Assembly (NCBI GenBank): GCA_038087875.1
Contig: CM075987.1
Span: forward strand, 18,354,001 to 18,414,000
DNA length: 60,000 nt
Direction: 5' to 3'
DNA from: Malacoraja senta
Lineage: Eukaryota
Shown here: positions 36,101-49,520 of the stretch, one piece after another
Position numbering within the stretch: the stretch's first letter is position 1
Layout: every line of letters starts with the position of its first letter
Position numbers and translations under genes: made by a program
Notes under the pieces: generated by a model
Seen by the model: only the letters and a program-made list of their open reading frames with translations
Databases searched by the model: none
Told to the model about the DNA's origin: nothing

Positions 36101-39001
36101 CATATCACATGTTTTTACCTAAAAGCCCCTGAAACCTCATTATCGTATCCAGCTCCACCACTCATACCAGGCACATACCACTCTGTGTGTAAAAAAAACT
36201 TGCCCGCATATCTCCTTTAAATTTTGCCCCTCTCACCTTAAACCTTTGCACTCTAATCTCTGACATTTCCTCAGTTGTGGCTGCAAGACCCAACAGGAAC
36301 AAATGGATAGGTTTCTTTAAAAAAAAAAAAAAATCTGCTTTCGGCCAAATAAAGAATTTAAATAATTGTTAAAAAAATTGTCATATAATTAGCATTCTCA
36401 TTTCAGGATGTAAAAGTTCCACCATTTAATCCTAACAACGTTCTTTGATTTCCATTAGCGCTCGTGCCACTGCATCACAGTGAGACTGTTTCATCTTCAG
36501 CCAAGATCTCCTGCCTTTTGAGTGAAGCTAATGGCTAACCAAGTAGCAGCTTTGTTTCACAGAAGCATCATATAGTGTATAGTTCCATTTCAGTTTCTAT
36601 GTGGTCAAAAAGAGGGAAGTATTAGTCATCCATTTAGTGCATGATTCATTTTCAATTATTGCACTGAACTAGGTATTAGCTACTTAACTTCGGGGAAAGT
36701 TGCTTTGTCCTTGGAACTATTTTATAGTGCAGATTGCCCAGAATAATGCCAGGTGAAAATGATTAAATTATGAGGCAGATACAAGGAACTACAGAAGCTA
36801 GACTCTTGAGTGAAAAGCACAAAGTGCTGGACTAACATCTCTGGAGAACATGGATAGACATTTTGTGTTTGGATTCGTCTTCAAACTGATTGTAATGCGA
36901 GGCGGGGGAAAGCCGGAAGAGAGATAGGGACGGGACAAAACCTGGTAAGAGATAGGTGGATACAAGGGAGGGTGGTTGATTGGCAGTGTCTGAAGGAGGT
37001 CTCGACCCGAAATGTCGCCTATTCCTTTTCTCCAGAGATGCTGTCGACCCGTTGAGTTACTCATCTTTTTGTGTCCATCTGGGTTGATTGGCAGTTGGAT
37101 GGAGAAAGACCGGAGACAAAAAGGAGGTAAAAGGCAGTGAAGGTGGTGAGAATAGGAGCAAAAGAGTGAGTCCAGAGAAAGGGCTGTAGGTGGAAGCGGG
37201 GGGATAGCGGGAAAAATGGGTGAGCATCCATGAGGGCAGTTTGCATTCCACATAGATTATTATACCTTGTGTTGACATGGTTGAAGGGCAATCTTGTCAA
37301 GGTTTATGAACTGGTAAACAAATGAATTAGGAAGATGATAGGGGCCAGTACCACCAATGATAAAGAAAACTGAATTAAAAGACAATATTTAAAATTATAG
37401 CTTGGTCACGTAGAAGTCTATGTGTGAAACAAATTCACACAAAGAGTGTGCAAATCTAGAGAACACCATCTCAAAATGTCTCACAGTGAGGCAGTGTTAA
37501 AATGCTAATCCAATTGGAATTTTGAAGCCTGACAATGTTGAGAAGTATTTCCAATAAGAACTTGGAAATAATGAGGTTCAGATCAGCCACTGGGTTGCAA
37601 CAAGCTCAAGTAAGAAAATTGGAATACATAGAACATAAATCAACAGCATAGGCATAGGTCTTTCGGCCCACAATGTCTATGCCCAGCATGATGCCAAGTT
37701 GAATTAATGTCCTCTAACTGCTTGTGATCCATATCACTCCATTGCCAGCATATCTAAGTGCATATCCAGAAGCCTCTTAAATGCAATTATTGTTTGTGCT
37801 TTCACAATCGTCCCAGGCAGTGGGATCCAAGTACCTACCACTCTCTGTGTATAAAAAAAACTTGCTCTGCAAACTCCTTTAAACTGTGCCTCTCTCACCT
37901 TAAGGTTATGCCCTCTAGTCTTTGACATTTACACTCAGGGGAACAAGGTTCTGACTAAATACCCTATCTGTGCCGCTCAGAACTGTATACACTTCTCCCA
38001 TGAGGTCCTCCCTTCAGCCTACAACGCTCCAGAGAAAACAATCAGACTTTATGGATTCAAACCTTAATTCCCTTTGGGAACAATTACCTACTTTGCCATT
38101 GTATCTAAACACGTAAAGGACTTGCAATCGAGGATATTTTTCCAATTAAACGCATGAAGGGTAGTCATTGGGCTGGGTGGTCAAAACAATGCCTGAAAGA
38201 ACCATTAGCAAAATCTGAAGAATATTTCTGAAGAACAGCTCAGCCCATTTTAGAAACTGGGCAAAATTCAAATCGTGAACATCATTGCTTATTTACAATT
38301 GACTAATCTATTGATCACTGTGCTGAGACTTAATCTGATGGTACGGTGTTTCGATTTAAAAGTCATTAGGTGAAGTAATTTTGGATTCAAAGTGAATTTT
38401 TCTGTCTTTTGGGGGTTGGCTAGCTTTTAACAATGGGTTTGCCTAACCACAACCTGTGATTGAGCCAATGGCACCATCTTGTGGTGATGTGGATCTTCGT
38501 TCAGAGAAGCATTTTTTTTATTGTTTATGTAGCTTTATAAAGAAAAAAAACTTTGCAGCATCACAAACAACTTATAGCCAATAAAGTATTTTGACATGCA
38601 ATGATTATTGTGAGGTGGAGAACATGGGTATTTGTTTCTGCACAGTCAATATCAAGAAACAAATTGCTAGAGGAAACTCAGTGAGTCAGGAAGCATCAGT
38701 CATGGCAAAGGGATAGTTGAAATACTGCATTTGGAATTCACAGATGCTGCTAGATCCTGGCAACATGTTCAGCATGGACATTGTGGTTCCTGTGTGTCCA
38801 GTTTTATGATCCACAGAGTTCCTCCAGTAGGTTGTTCCTTGTTCAAGATCACAGCATCTGTGTCACCTTGTGCGCAGTTACGTCTTACAATACAATTGTG
38901 ATCAAATAAACCTTCATCTCATACAGGAGGAGGCTCATCAGAGCGTTCATAAGCTCATGGCTGATCTGATTGGAACCTCAACCTGAACCTTGTATTCCCA
39001 G

Positions 39002-39067
<66 letters not shown>

Positions 39068-39195
39068 ACCCCCCCACCCCCCCCCCCCCCCCCCCCCGCC
39101 CCACCCCCCCCCCACCCCCCCCCCCCCCCCCCCCCACCCCCCCCCCCCCCCCCCCTCACACCCCCCACCCCCCACCCCCCCCCCCCCCCCCCCCC

Positions 39196-39264
<69 letters not shown>

Positions 39265-39288
39265 ACCCCCCCCCCCCCCCCCCCCCCC

Positions 39289-39325
<37 letters not shown>

Positions 39326-39335
39326 CCCCCCCCCC
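39002..39335. repeat. Near-pure poly-C tract of about 334 bp
   Basis: C run with sparse A/T/G interruptions, inside a CR1-like tail fragment. Confidence 0.9.
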
Positions 39336-39949
39336 TCAGTAACCGTTCAACCCTTTGCTTATCAAAAATCTTTCCACCACAGCCTTAAACGTACTATAGA
39401 ACTCTGCTTCCACTGCCACTTGAGGAACTCTAAACACTCACAACTCATTGACAGGAGACATTTTAAATGGGTGATCCCTTAATTTTTTTTTTAATAACTA
39501 AATTCCAGATTCTCACAAGATGAAATCTACTCTTCATGTTCACTTTGTCAAGACCCTTTTAGAATTTGTTTTAATGCCTTGTATCCAAAAATAAGTGTAA
39601 TTTTAAGACCTGATGTTAATTTGCTCTTCAGCATTAGCCATCACTTCTGAGTATTATTCACTTAGTGTGCCCTTTTAAAGGCGGTTGCACATATATTAGT
39701 TGTAAAGGAGTGGAATTCAACTCCATGCACCAGTTATGGTTTGGCTCCCCATTATGCAACTCAATTTCCCTTCGTGATGTATCATGATTTCCAGCCTATT
39801 TCATTCTATGTACCATACACACCATCCACCATACTAAAGTTACCAATTATGAGAAAATCGTTGATGGAAAATATCAGAGAACGTTGCTGACAAATTCTAA
39901 TTGTGTATCACATATCATAGCCCATTGTGTTTCTTCTGTTTGTATCCAG

Positions 39950-40055
39950 GTACGTGAAAGGATACCCTCCCAATTCGCCTTACATTGGAAGTTCTCCAAC
40001 TCTCTGCCATCTATTACCTGTGAAGGCTTCATTCTGCTGCCTGAGATTAGACAGG
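39950..40055 (+). CDS. KCNT1: KCNT1 exon, 106 nt: (E)[35 protein letters not shown]
   Basis: Acceptor tgtatccag|G, donor AGG|gtaaga. Near-invariant Slo2 motif [20 protein letters not shown]. Confidence 0.96.
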
Positions 40056-41924
40056 GTAAGACCTTCAAGATGAACCCGGTTGACTGCGCAGACTGGTTGT
40101 TCTGTGTTTCCAGGGCACCAATTGCAGAAGAAGAGATGAACAAGAATGCATAAGTTTTACAAACGTCTTTAAGATGTATCAAATCCAAGATGATGCTGAT
40201 GCTTAGATTTTAGTGTTTTTTATATCTGATCTGATTCAGGTATATAACCTTGTGTTTAGAAAGTATTGTTGAGGCCATTTAATATTTTCCTTATACAAAA
40301 GTAATGGAGCTCACCATTTGGTAGTATTTATGACAAACGACAACAATAGGTAGTAATTTGATGTTGCATAAAATTTAGAACACTGAACTTGGCCAAGTAG
40401 TGTGTTTTGGTTTCCATGCTCCCCACAAGCCTCCAACCACAATATGTATCAGCTCCCATTAGTTTACTGTTCTTCCTCAAATATGCAGTACAACAGTGAC
40501 CCAGGTTACATTCAGACCTCCAATTTGTCTTTGTTGAGTTTCCACTTTCTCCCGTGAAACTAAAACTGCCCACATTTACTCCCAATGTTCCATTTTCCTC
40601 CCATGTCCCAAAGATGTGCAGATTGATAAGTTAATTGACCATTGTAAATTACCCCGAGTGTATCGATGCACTTGAAGCATTTAGTCTATCATTGTGCAGG
40701 TCACAGCTTTTGAAGAACACATTAAGTTCTTTTTAATGTGGTGAGGTTTCTACCTTTTGGGCAACGAGTTTCAGATACCTATCACACTCAGGTGAAAATG
40801 TTCTTCCCACCTTCCCTTTAACCTGTTGGTTTAATTCTCAGCCGTCGAGATTTTGACAGAAAGTGCTGGATTAACTCAGCAGGTCTGACAGCATCCGAGG
40901 AGGAATGAACAGGCAATGTTTGGGGTCAGGATCTGAAGAAGGATCCTGACCCAAAACGTCACCTATCCGTGTTCTCCAGAGATGCTGCCTGACCTGCTGA
41001 GTTACTCCAGCACTTTGTACCTTTTTTTTTTCCAAAACCAGCATCTGCGATTCCTTGTATTTCTTGATTGCTTCAGGAGTCTGGTAGCAGTGGGGAAGGA
41101 GCTGTACTTAACCCTCCATCCATTTTAAAGTATTGGTTCTGAGATCTCTCTCTACTATGTTGGTCACAGGGTCGCATTAAAATGAGGTAGTAATACAATC
41201 TTAATACAAAGTTGATTTTACCAAAAACATTTTTAATAAAAGAAAGAACATTTCTGTTGAGTATCTTTTCACGATTTCTGAATTTCATAATTAGTGGGGA
41301 ATGGGTGAAGTTTTTTTTAATGTAATGTAGTCAGTAGTTTTACATCCAATCTGAAAAACATTCAGCAATGGAACTGTCCATTCCAACTGGTTCTGAAATA
41401 TTGTGCTACATTTTGAGAGTTCTTCAGGACTCCAAGACCAGTCCTTGCCAGTGCCACGCCAGTCCTTGCCTGTGATTTCTTTGATAGGGTAAAACCTAGG
41501 TGGCCATGGGGACAAGCTGTAAGCAGTGAATAGGAGCAACCAGTTAGAGAGAACAAAGACAAATGAACATAGACATAAGACGGGAAGAGTTGCAAAGCAG
41601 AAAGACATGTGTCACGTAGGGTCTGCCTTACTCCCAGAGGGGAATAAAGGGGTAAGGCAACAAGCTGAGGGTTAGTGGGTATAAACTCTTTCGTCACTCC
41701 ATCTCTCCTTCCCACCTGTGTGTACGTTAGCCCGCAATGTCTGTGCCAAACATGATGCCGTTGAACTAATCTCCTCTGCCTGCATGGGATCCATACCACT
41801 CCATTCCCTGCATATCCATGCGCCTATCTAAAAGTCTCTAGAACATCATTATTATATCTGTTTCCACAACACCCTTGGCAGCACGTTCCAGGCACCCTCT
41901 GTGTAAGTATCGTTCCCCGTACAT

Positions 41925-42124
41925 NNNNNNNNNNNNNNNNNNNNNNNNNNNNNNNNNNNNNNNNNNNNNNNNNNNNNNNNNNNNNNNNNNNNNNNNNNNN
42001 NNNNNNNNNNNNNNNNNNNNNNNNNNNNNNNNNNNNNNNNNNNNNNNNNNNNNNNNNNNNNNNNNNNNNNNNNNNNNNNNNNNNNNNNNNNNNNNNNNNN
42101 NNNNNNNNNNNNNNNNNNNNNNNN
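41925..42124. other. Assembly gap (200 N, probably a placeholder length)
   Basis: Run of exactly 200 N. Both flanks are CR1-tail repeat sequence. Confidence 0.99.
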
Positions 42125-42298
42125 GTTTAACTTGCCATCATGTTTGGCATGGACATGGTGGGTTCTATGTTCTGTAGCATACAATACCCCACTCGCCTTT
42201 TGATGCTAATAATTAATTTTGGATTATTACCGACTTTCTGGATGATGAATTGACCTTACTTGAACTAACAGCATTTAATTTTTCCCCTTGTCATCTGA

Positions 42299-42812
<514 letters not shown>

Positions 42813-43243
42813 CACAACCTCCTGTACACACATTTTTCGCCAGTAAACAGATTATCAATCCAATGTGAGATCTACAATCCTATTACCACTGTGCTATTCA
42901 TGGCTCAGCTTTCAGCTCCCTGGTACCTAGGCTCTGGAATTCTGTCTGTCCCGAGCCCTCTCTCTTCTGCCTCCGTTAAGACATTCTTAAACTGCCATGC
43001 TTTTCATCAATTATCATAACAGTCCCTAGCACATCTCAGTTTAATTATGTTTCTGTGAAACATGCTAGAACATTTTATGGTGTGAAACGTGATGCACACA
43101 TGCAAGTTTTTATCGCTGAGCGTTTCAGCTGTGTTTGTTTGCTCCAATGATGTAAGTAGGAACAAGCAAATTGAATGTGCAACAGAAAAATCATTTTACG
43201 TAACAAGTACTAACTGTTCCCATCTTTCCACTCTCTTTGCAAG

Positions 43244-43327
43244 TCCTTTGTTAAAGATTACATGATTCCAATCGCACGGTTGTTACTTGGACTTGACACT
43301 ACCCCAGGCTCCGGGTATCTTTGTGCT
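43244..43327 (+). CDS. KCNT1: KCNT1 exon, 84 nt: [28 protein letters not shown]
   Basis: Perfect TACTAAC branch point at 43208-43214, acceptor ctttgcaag|, donor GCT|gtaagt. Confidence 0.96.
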
Positions 43328-43629
43328 GTAAGTAAGGTTGAATAATTTTATAGAAGTTTGTTGCTGATTTGTTTATGTATTTTCTTTTATTAATCTGTGA
43401 GTTTGAAATACCCAGAGATGAATGTAATTTTTTTTTGTTTGCAAACTCACAGGCTGACAAACTGTAATTCAAATAATTGTGCACTGTACTCCAAACCGGT
43501 TGTACTTCACTCACTTTGTCCATGCAAGTCCATTTCATCATCCATCCATGCATCTTGCTAAAAATTGGCAGGTCAACTGTGTCATTTTAACAACAGAATT
43601 TTTTTTGAGACAAAAAGGGGTCGGTCACC

Positions 43630-43630
<1 letters not shown>

Positions 43631-43667
<37 letters not shown>

Positions 43668-44119
43668 AAAACTCTGTGGCTGCCTGACGTGGCTGCCTGA
43701 CGTGGCTGCCTGACTTGTGTCTGCCTGACTTGTGTCCGCCTGACTTTCACCAAATCCCCTTTGATACCGCCCCTGGCCCACACAGCGCGCGGAAAGGCCC
43801 ATATTTTTTACCATTTCCAAAGAGATGACATTTATCTTTACGAATAGCCACTCCTGATTAAATTCGGTCGTGTTTATGTACACGTTTTTTAAATAAAATC
43901 CATCCCCCACCCCCACGCGATTTTCTCCGATTGTCTCCGATTTTCTCCGAAAACGACGCCATCTTTTTTGCGCCGATTTTCTCCGATTTTTGTCCGAAAA
44001 CGACGCCATCTTATTTCCGCTGATTTTCACCCCGGGGTCTGAAGCACCTTCGGGAACAACACCCCGGGGTGTGAAGCACTTTCGGGGACCAGACCCAACG
44101 GGTCCTGCACTTGGTCTAG
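43631..44119 (+). mobile_element. Non-autonomous Helitron
   Basis: 5' TC with (TCTA)n, 3' CTAG, inserted between A (43630) and T (44120). Subterminal hairpin GACCC-AAC-GGGTC at 44092-44104. Internal tandem repeats. Confidence 0.82.
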
Positions 44120-44142
44120 TATCAATTAAAAATTATGCTACG

Positions 44143-44433
44143 TTTAGTTTTGTTTGGAGATACAGCGCGGGAACGGGCACTTCGGCCCACCAGATCCGCG
44201 CTGACCAGCGATCCCCGCACATTAACACTATCCTGCACACACCAGGGACAATATTTACATTTACCAAACCAATTAACCTACAAACCTGTACGTCTTTGGA
44301 GTGTGGGAGGAAACCGATCTCGGAGAAAGCCCACGCAGGTCACGGGGAGAACGTACAGACAGCACCCGTAGTCGGGATCGAACCGGGGTCTCCGGCGTTG
44401 CATTCACTGTAAGGCAGCAACTCTACTGCACCT
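44143..44433 (-). mobile_element. HE1/V-SINE-like copy
   Basis: Reverse complement of the SINE at 57005-57317. Confidence 0.85.
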
Positions 44434-44662
44434 TTATCAACATTTCTTCATTTCTTCATCTTCATTTCAACATTCATCTTGTGACCAATCAACATCTAAT
44501 TTAATAAACCAATAACTAAAAAGTATAGAATCAACACATTAAAAACATTTGAAAATCTCATTGTTAACTGTAAGGTTGCCGGGTCAGCATACCGTCACCA
44601 AAAAAGCACCAGTTAACATGTATTTTTGGCAACAAGGATGGTCAAGCAACTCTTCAGTGGCA

Positions 44663-44785
44663 GAAGAAGGGTTTCGGCCCGAAACGTTGCCTATTTCCTT
44701 CGCTCCATAGATGCTGCTGCACCCGCTGAGTTTCTCCAGCATTTTTGTGTACCTTCGATTTTCCAGCATCTGCAGTTCCTTCTTT
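44663..44785 (+). mobile_element. Young PLE terminus with 15-bp TSD
   Basis: TSD AACTCTTCAGTGGCA at 44648-44662 and 44786-44800. The 5' end falls inside the hammerhead core (gaagaagggtttcggcccgaaacgtt). Confidence 0.87.
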
Positions 44786-44794
44786 AACTCTTCA

Positions 44795-45065
44795 GTGGCA
44801 TAGCTGGTACAGCTGCTGCCTCGCAGCGCCAGACCCAGGTTCGATCCTAAAACTCGGGTGCCATCTGTGTAAAGTTTGCACTGAAATTGGGTGCTCTGGT
44901 TTCCTCCCACATCCACTTGTAGGTTAATTGGCCTCTCTGTAAATTACCCCTGGTGTGCAGGGAGTGGGTGAGAAAATGAGATAACATAGAACCAGTGTGG
45001 ATGAGTAATTGATGGTGGGGATGGATGTAGTGGGCCAAAGAGCCATGTTCCATGCTCTATCTCTA
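44795..45065 (+). mobile_element. HE1/V-SINE-like copy
   Basis: cagcgccagacccaggttcgatcc head and SINE body. Confidence 0.75.
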
Positions 45066-46018
45066 GGGTAATCTCAGTAATCCATTCTATCATTTCATTT
45101 TGTTTCTGCCTCCAGAAGAACTTGTTGCCGAAGCCCATTTGTTACTGCTCATTTCAATTGCGCACTCCAATGAATTTACAATGTTAAAAGTATAAAGAAC
45201 TAACCTCCAGATTATTTAAACATTTATTTATGAACAGCCTTGTCCCCTCCGAGCCTCTCAGTTATGCTCCTGAAGGAATTATTTCAGGTTTGAGCCTCCC
45301 ACACATATTGACACCTTGGCGATGTTGCACACAATAATGGCGCTGTTACAGAGAGCAGCGAGTTGCAAATGTGTGAAGGTCTGAGAACGTTTGGCTGAAT
45401 CATTGTCTTTGCTACATGTGGAATTGAAGCTGTGAGGCTGCTGATGGTAAATCCTCCTGTGGGGGGGGACGGTCCAAACGGTAAATCCTCCTGGTGGGGG
45501 GGGGGGGGGGGGGGGGGGGAGCAAGTCTGGAAAGATGACGAATGCAGCAAAGCAAAAACGGAATCTGTGTTTTAGAAAAATAATTGAACAATGAAATATT
45601 TTTATATCTTGAACCTTGAACTGGAGAGTTCAAGAAGATGATTCAACACCACTACTCAAGAATGATTAGGGATGGGCAGTAAATACTGGCCTTGATAGCA
45701 ATAAGATATTAACACCTAGACTGTAGAGTCATACAGCATGGAAACAGGGCCCTTCAGCCCAACTTGCCCACACCAACCCAACATGCCCCATTCACAGTAG
45801 TCCCACCTGCCTGCGTTTAGCCCATTTTTCTCTAAACTTATTCCAATTCATGTACCTCTCTAAATATTTCTTAAACATCATAATAGTACCTGCCTCAACT
45901 ACCTCCTTAGTGCTATTAAAATTTAATTTGATTGCTTCAAAATTTATTGAATACGAAAACCGAACCTGGCGCTATCACCCTTCACCCAACCTACTGACCC
46001 CTTGCTTTTGTTTTGTAG

Positions 46019-46147
46019 ATGAAAATCACAGAGGATGATTTATGGATTCGTACATACGGAAGGCTCTTTCAGAAACTCTGCTCTTCAAGTGCCGAAATTC
46101 CAGTTGGGATTTACAAAACAGAGTTGCACTTATTTTCAACATCTGAG
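46019..46147 (+). CDS. KCNT1: KCNT1 exon, 129 nt: [43 protein letters not shown]
   Basis: Acceptor ttttgtag|, donor GAG|gtgagg. KCNT1-type sequence. Confidence 0.96.
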
Positions 46148-46692
46148 GTGAGGTGCTGTTTGGGCCGTCTCCTTTTACTCTTCATTCCTTTCACAAGTGG
46201 CACCGGACACTCGATGGTATGAATGATATTGGCCGCTTATCCCCCTCTGCCTGAATGTTGGCTAGATTTAAGCATGTGGGCACGATCTGCTTCACTAGCT
46301 GAGGTATTGCAAGTGGAATTGAACATCATGCCGCCATCAGCAATCATTCCCATTCGTTTCATTCAATTTCTTCAGTCTGAAGAAGAATCCCCACTCAAAA
46401 TATCGCCTGTCTATTCCCTCCACAGTTACTGCCCGACCTGCTGATACCGCTCAGAAGTTATCTTATTATAGTAGAGGGAATGATGTGGTCATTTTATGCT
46501 TGGGTGTTACTTGACTATTGTAAAAGATGTAGAGAAGGTTCAGGATTCTTGAGGATTTATTGCACATTTTATTTTCCAAATTAGGACAAATATTTTTTTT
46601 CCTGAAATTGGTGTCTTTAGTACAATTGCCTAACATTTGGCCAATGATCTGACCGATGAGATAGTTTATCTGTGTTCTCCCCTTGTTCCCAG

Positions 46693-46989
46693 TCACAGAT
46701 CTCAATCAACGTTGACGAGTGTGAGGACACAAAGGAGGGAAAGACCACTGGGGCGGCAAGAGTCACCGCAACTCAACGTCCAGTGACCAGTCGGAGCACC
46801 CGTTGCTGAGACGCAAGAGCATGCAGTGGGCGCGAAGGCTGAGCAGGAAGGGGAACAGGCAAGCCAGTAAAGCTGACGAAAAGATCAGCCAGCAGAGACA
46901 GAACCTGTACCACCGACAGAATGGCAAGAGTTTGTCAGAACTGGTGAAAAACAGAATGAAGCATCTGGGACTACCCACTACAGGATACG
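46693..46989 (+). CDS. KCNT1: KCNT1 exon ([16 protein letters not shown]...[30 protein letters not shown]...[18 protein letters not shown]), frameshifted as assembled
   Basis: Acceptor ttgttcccag|, donor TACG|gtgcgt. Length is 297 nt where a phase 0-to-1 exon needs 3n+1. Homologous peptide switches frame near 46740. Confidence 0.9.
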
Positions 46990-47664
46990 GTGCGTGTTCT
47001 CCTTTCTAACAACAAAACAGGTCAATGACCTGGTTTGCAAAATATTTCTAAAATATAGTTTTTCCATAAGTTTACGATAGTAATTAAAAGAAATAGTTCT
47101 TGTTTCTTAAAGCAATAACAAGGTCAGATGTTGCTAATCTTATCTAATCTCTAATCATAAATTTAATTGTTCTTTCTATGTTAAAAATATCATTACACAG
47201 GAGAAAGGTATTTTCTTATGACCAGCCAAACGCTGTCTAACCAGTAATTGAAATGCAGTAATGTATATCATCTTGCTTTTTGGAAGATGCTGTGGAAAAT
47301 ATTGCTGTATTATACAATGAACACCACTTATAATGGAAATTTTTAAAATATTTAAGTATGGCTTTTTGTATTACATTTGAAACAAGATACTGCATGTAGT
47401 TATTGAGTTACAGTACATCATACCCAGCCACTGACCGACTAAGACGCGGATAAGACCAGTGTAAAATGGATGCTTGTTGGTTGGTATAAGCTTTTAGGGC
47501 CCAAAGGGTCTGTTTCATTGCTTTTATCACACTATTACCTTTCTCATAGGCATAGGTTTTTGGAGCAGGTGAAGATTGAATGAGAGTTGAAGGTATTTTG
47601 ATCTTTATCTCTGCCAGTTATTTCACCCCCTCCTTGCACATTCCTCCTCCATCAGGAACAAGGC

Positions 47665-48450
47665 CAATCAATCAATCAATCAGATTTATTCATCACATAC
47701 ACAATAAAGTGCAGTGAAATGAATTTGCCAGCAGCGGTACAATCAAAAAAGAACACACAATACACAATAAAAATTTAACACAAACATCCGCCACAGCATT
47801 CTTCACTGTGGTGGAAGGCACAAAGTACAGTCAGTCCTCCTCCATTGTTCCCCCATGATCGGGGCCATAAACCTCCGCAGTCGCCGCTGCGGGCGGCCAG
47901 ATGTACAGGCCCTCTCTTCGAGACGGTAAGCGGAGACCGCGGCTTCAGGATGTTGTAGGTCGCAGGCTGGCGGTCGAAGCTCTTCTCCGGGGATCCCCAG
48001 CGAGGGATCCCGCTCTGGATGTTAAGACCACGCCGCGCCCGCGTCTAGGAGCTCCGCAGACCGTGGCTTCAGGATGTTATCGGCCGCGGGCCGGCGGTTG
48101 GAGTTCTCCTCCAGCGATCCCCAGCGAGGGGGTTCCAGGCTCCAGACGCCACGCCCGTGGCTAGAAGCTCCGCAGACCGCGGCTTCAGGCGATCAGAGCA
48201 CTTCCTTCTGGCGACCTCTGCAAGGGCTCGCCCATTCCGCGATGAAAAGTCCACGCTGCGCCCACTGCTGAAACTCCGGGCCCAACTCCGGGAAAGGCCA
48301 CACCAATCCATGGTGTTAGGCCACGAAGGAGGCGACATGGAAAAAGTCGCCTCTCCGGGGAGGAGGCGACCGAAAGCGGTTTCCCCCTTACCCCCCCCTC
48401 ACCACCCCCCCACACAAGACACACCAAGAGACATTAAACCACATTAAAAG
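47665..48450 (-). mobile_element. CpG-rich non-autonomous retroposon (variant 3)
   Basis: (CAAT)n tail plus tttatt, shared terminal blocks with variants 1 and 2, internal triplication of agaccg(c/t)ggcttcagg. Confidence 0.6.
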
Positions 48451-48783
48451 CAGCCCAGGCCTTCTTCTGGGGGGGGGGGGGGAGAGAGCTGAAAAAGAGG
48501 GGTGGTGGCAAGTCAAAGCCTGGCAAGTGATAGGTAGAATATGATCGAAGGGCTGGAGAGCAGCAGGAATCACAGAGGGGGAGCAGTGAGAGAGGGGTGG
48601 TCACAGAATTCCCATCAGAGAGGAGCTCTGTAGGTGCAGTTTGAGAAGATTTTGCAATGGATCAGTGGAGTGAATGCACAAGGAACTGTAGATGCTGGAA
48701 TCTTAAACAAGGGTCAAAGTGCTGGAGGAACTCGGTGGATCAGGGCAGCATCTGTTGGGGGAATGGATTTCTTTCTCTGCTAC

Positions 48784-49016
48784 AGGGCCTGTCCCACTTT
48801 CACGATTCACGACCTTTTTTACTTGTGGCCATTTTTCATCGTGTTAGAAAAAACGCCCCGACCTACTTGATGCCACGAGTACCTACGACTAGCATCACGG
48901 CCTGCTACGACCTACCTACGACCTCCTATGACCTCGTGACAACCATGCTGCGAGTATGAGTCAAGGGCAAACTCAGCAGAGGTCGTGAATTATGTCGTGC
49001 AAGTGGGACTGGCCCT
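48784..49016. mobile_element. PIF/Harbinger-like MITE
   Basis: TIRs AGGGCCTGTCCCACTT / AAGTGGGACTGGCCCT, flanks TAC and TAA, internal acgacct repeats. Confidence 0.75.
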
Positions 49017-49520
49017 TAACTGCAATATTAACTGCAAACTGAATGCCACTGCATTCAATTCAACTTGCTTGTTCCAGCTTTGAGACTAATCCAAACGCCT
49101 GATATTTCATTTTCAAAGTTCAGAAGGTAGAGCAGAGTCAACATCACAAGATATAATAATATCGACTTTTAATGATCAGACAGTTTATCACATGGCTAAC
49201 CTTCTCTAGAGTGTCTTAACAAAATTGCCGTGTTATTGAAGAAAAATGCATAATCATTATTGTGAAATCATTTGGACGAACAGAACGGAACAGAACTGGC
49301 GACTGCAACTCACAATGTCTGTGCCAAACATGAATCCAAGTTGACTTAATCTCATCTGCCTGCACATGGTCTATATCTCTCCATTCCCTACATATCCATG
49401 TTTTTTTGCTAAAAACCTCTTAAACGCAAGCCCTGGCAGTGCATTACCCGCACCCACCATCCTCAGTTTAAAAAAATGTGCCCTGCACTTCTGCTTTAAA
49501 CGTTGCCCCTCTCATCCTTA

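Noticed and set aside
38947..39482. Poly-Pro and poly-Gly ORFs
   Set aside because: They are translations of the poly-C tract, with no splice or homology support.
42242..42298. C/D-box-like ATGATGA...CTGA
   Set aside because: Too short, no terminal stem, and it overlaps the branch point and acceptor of a coding exon.
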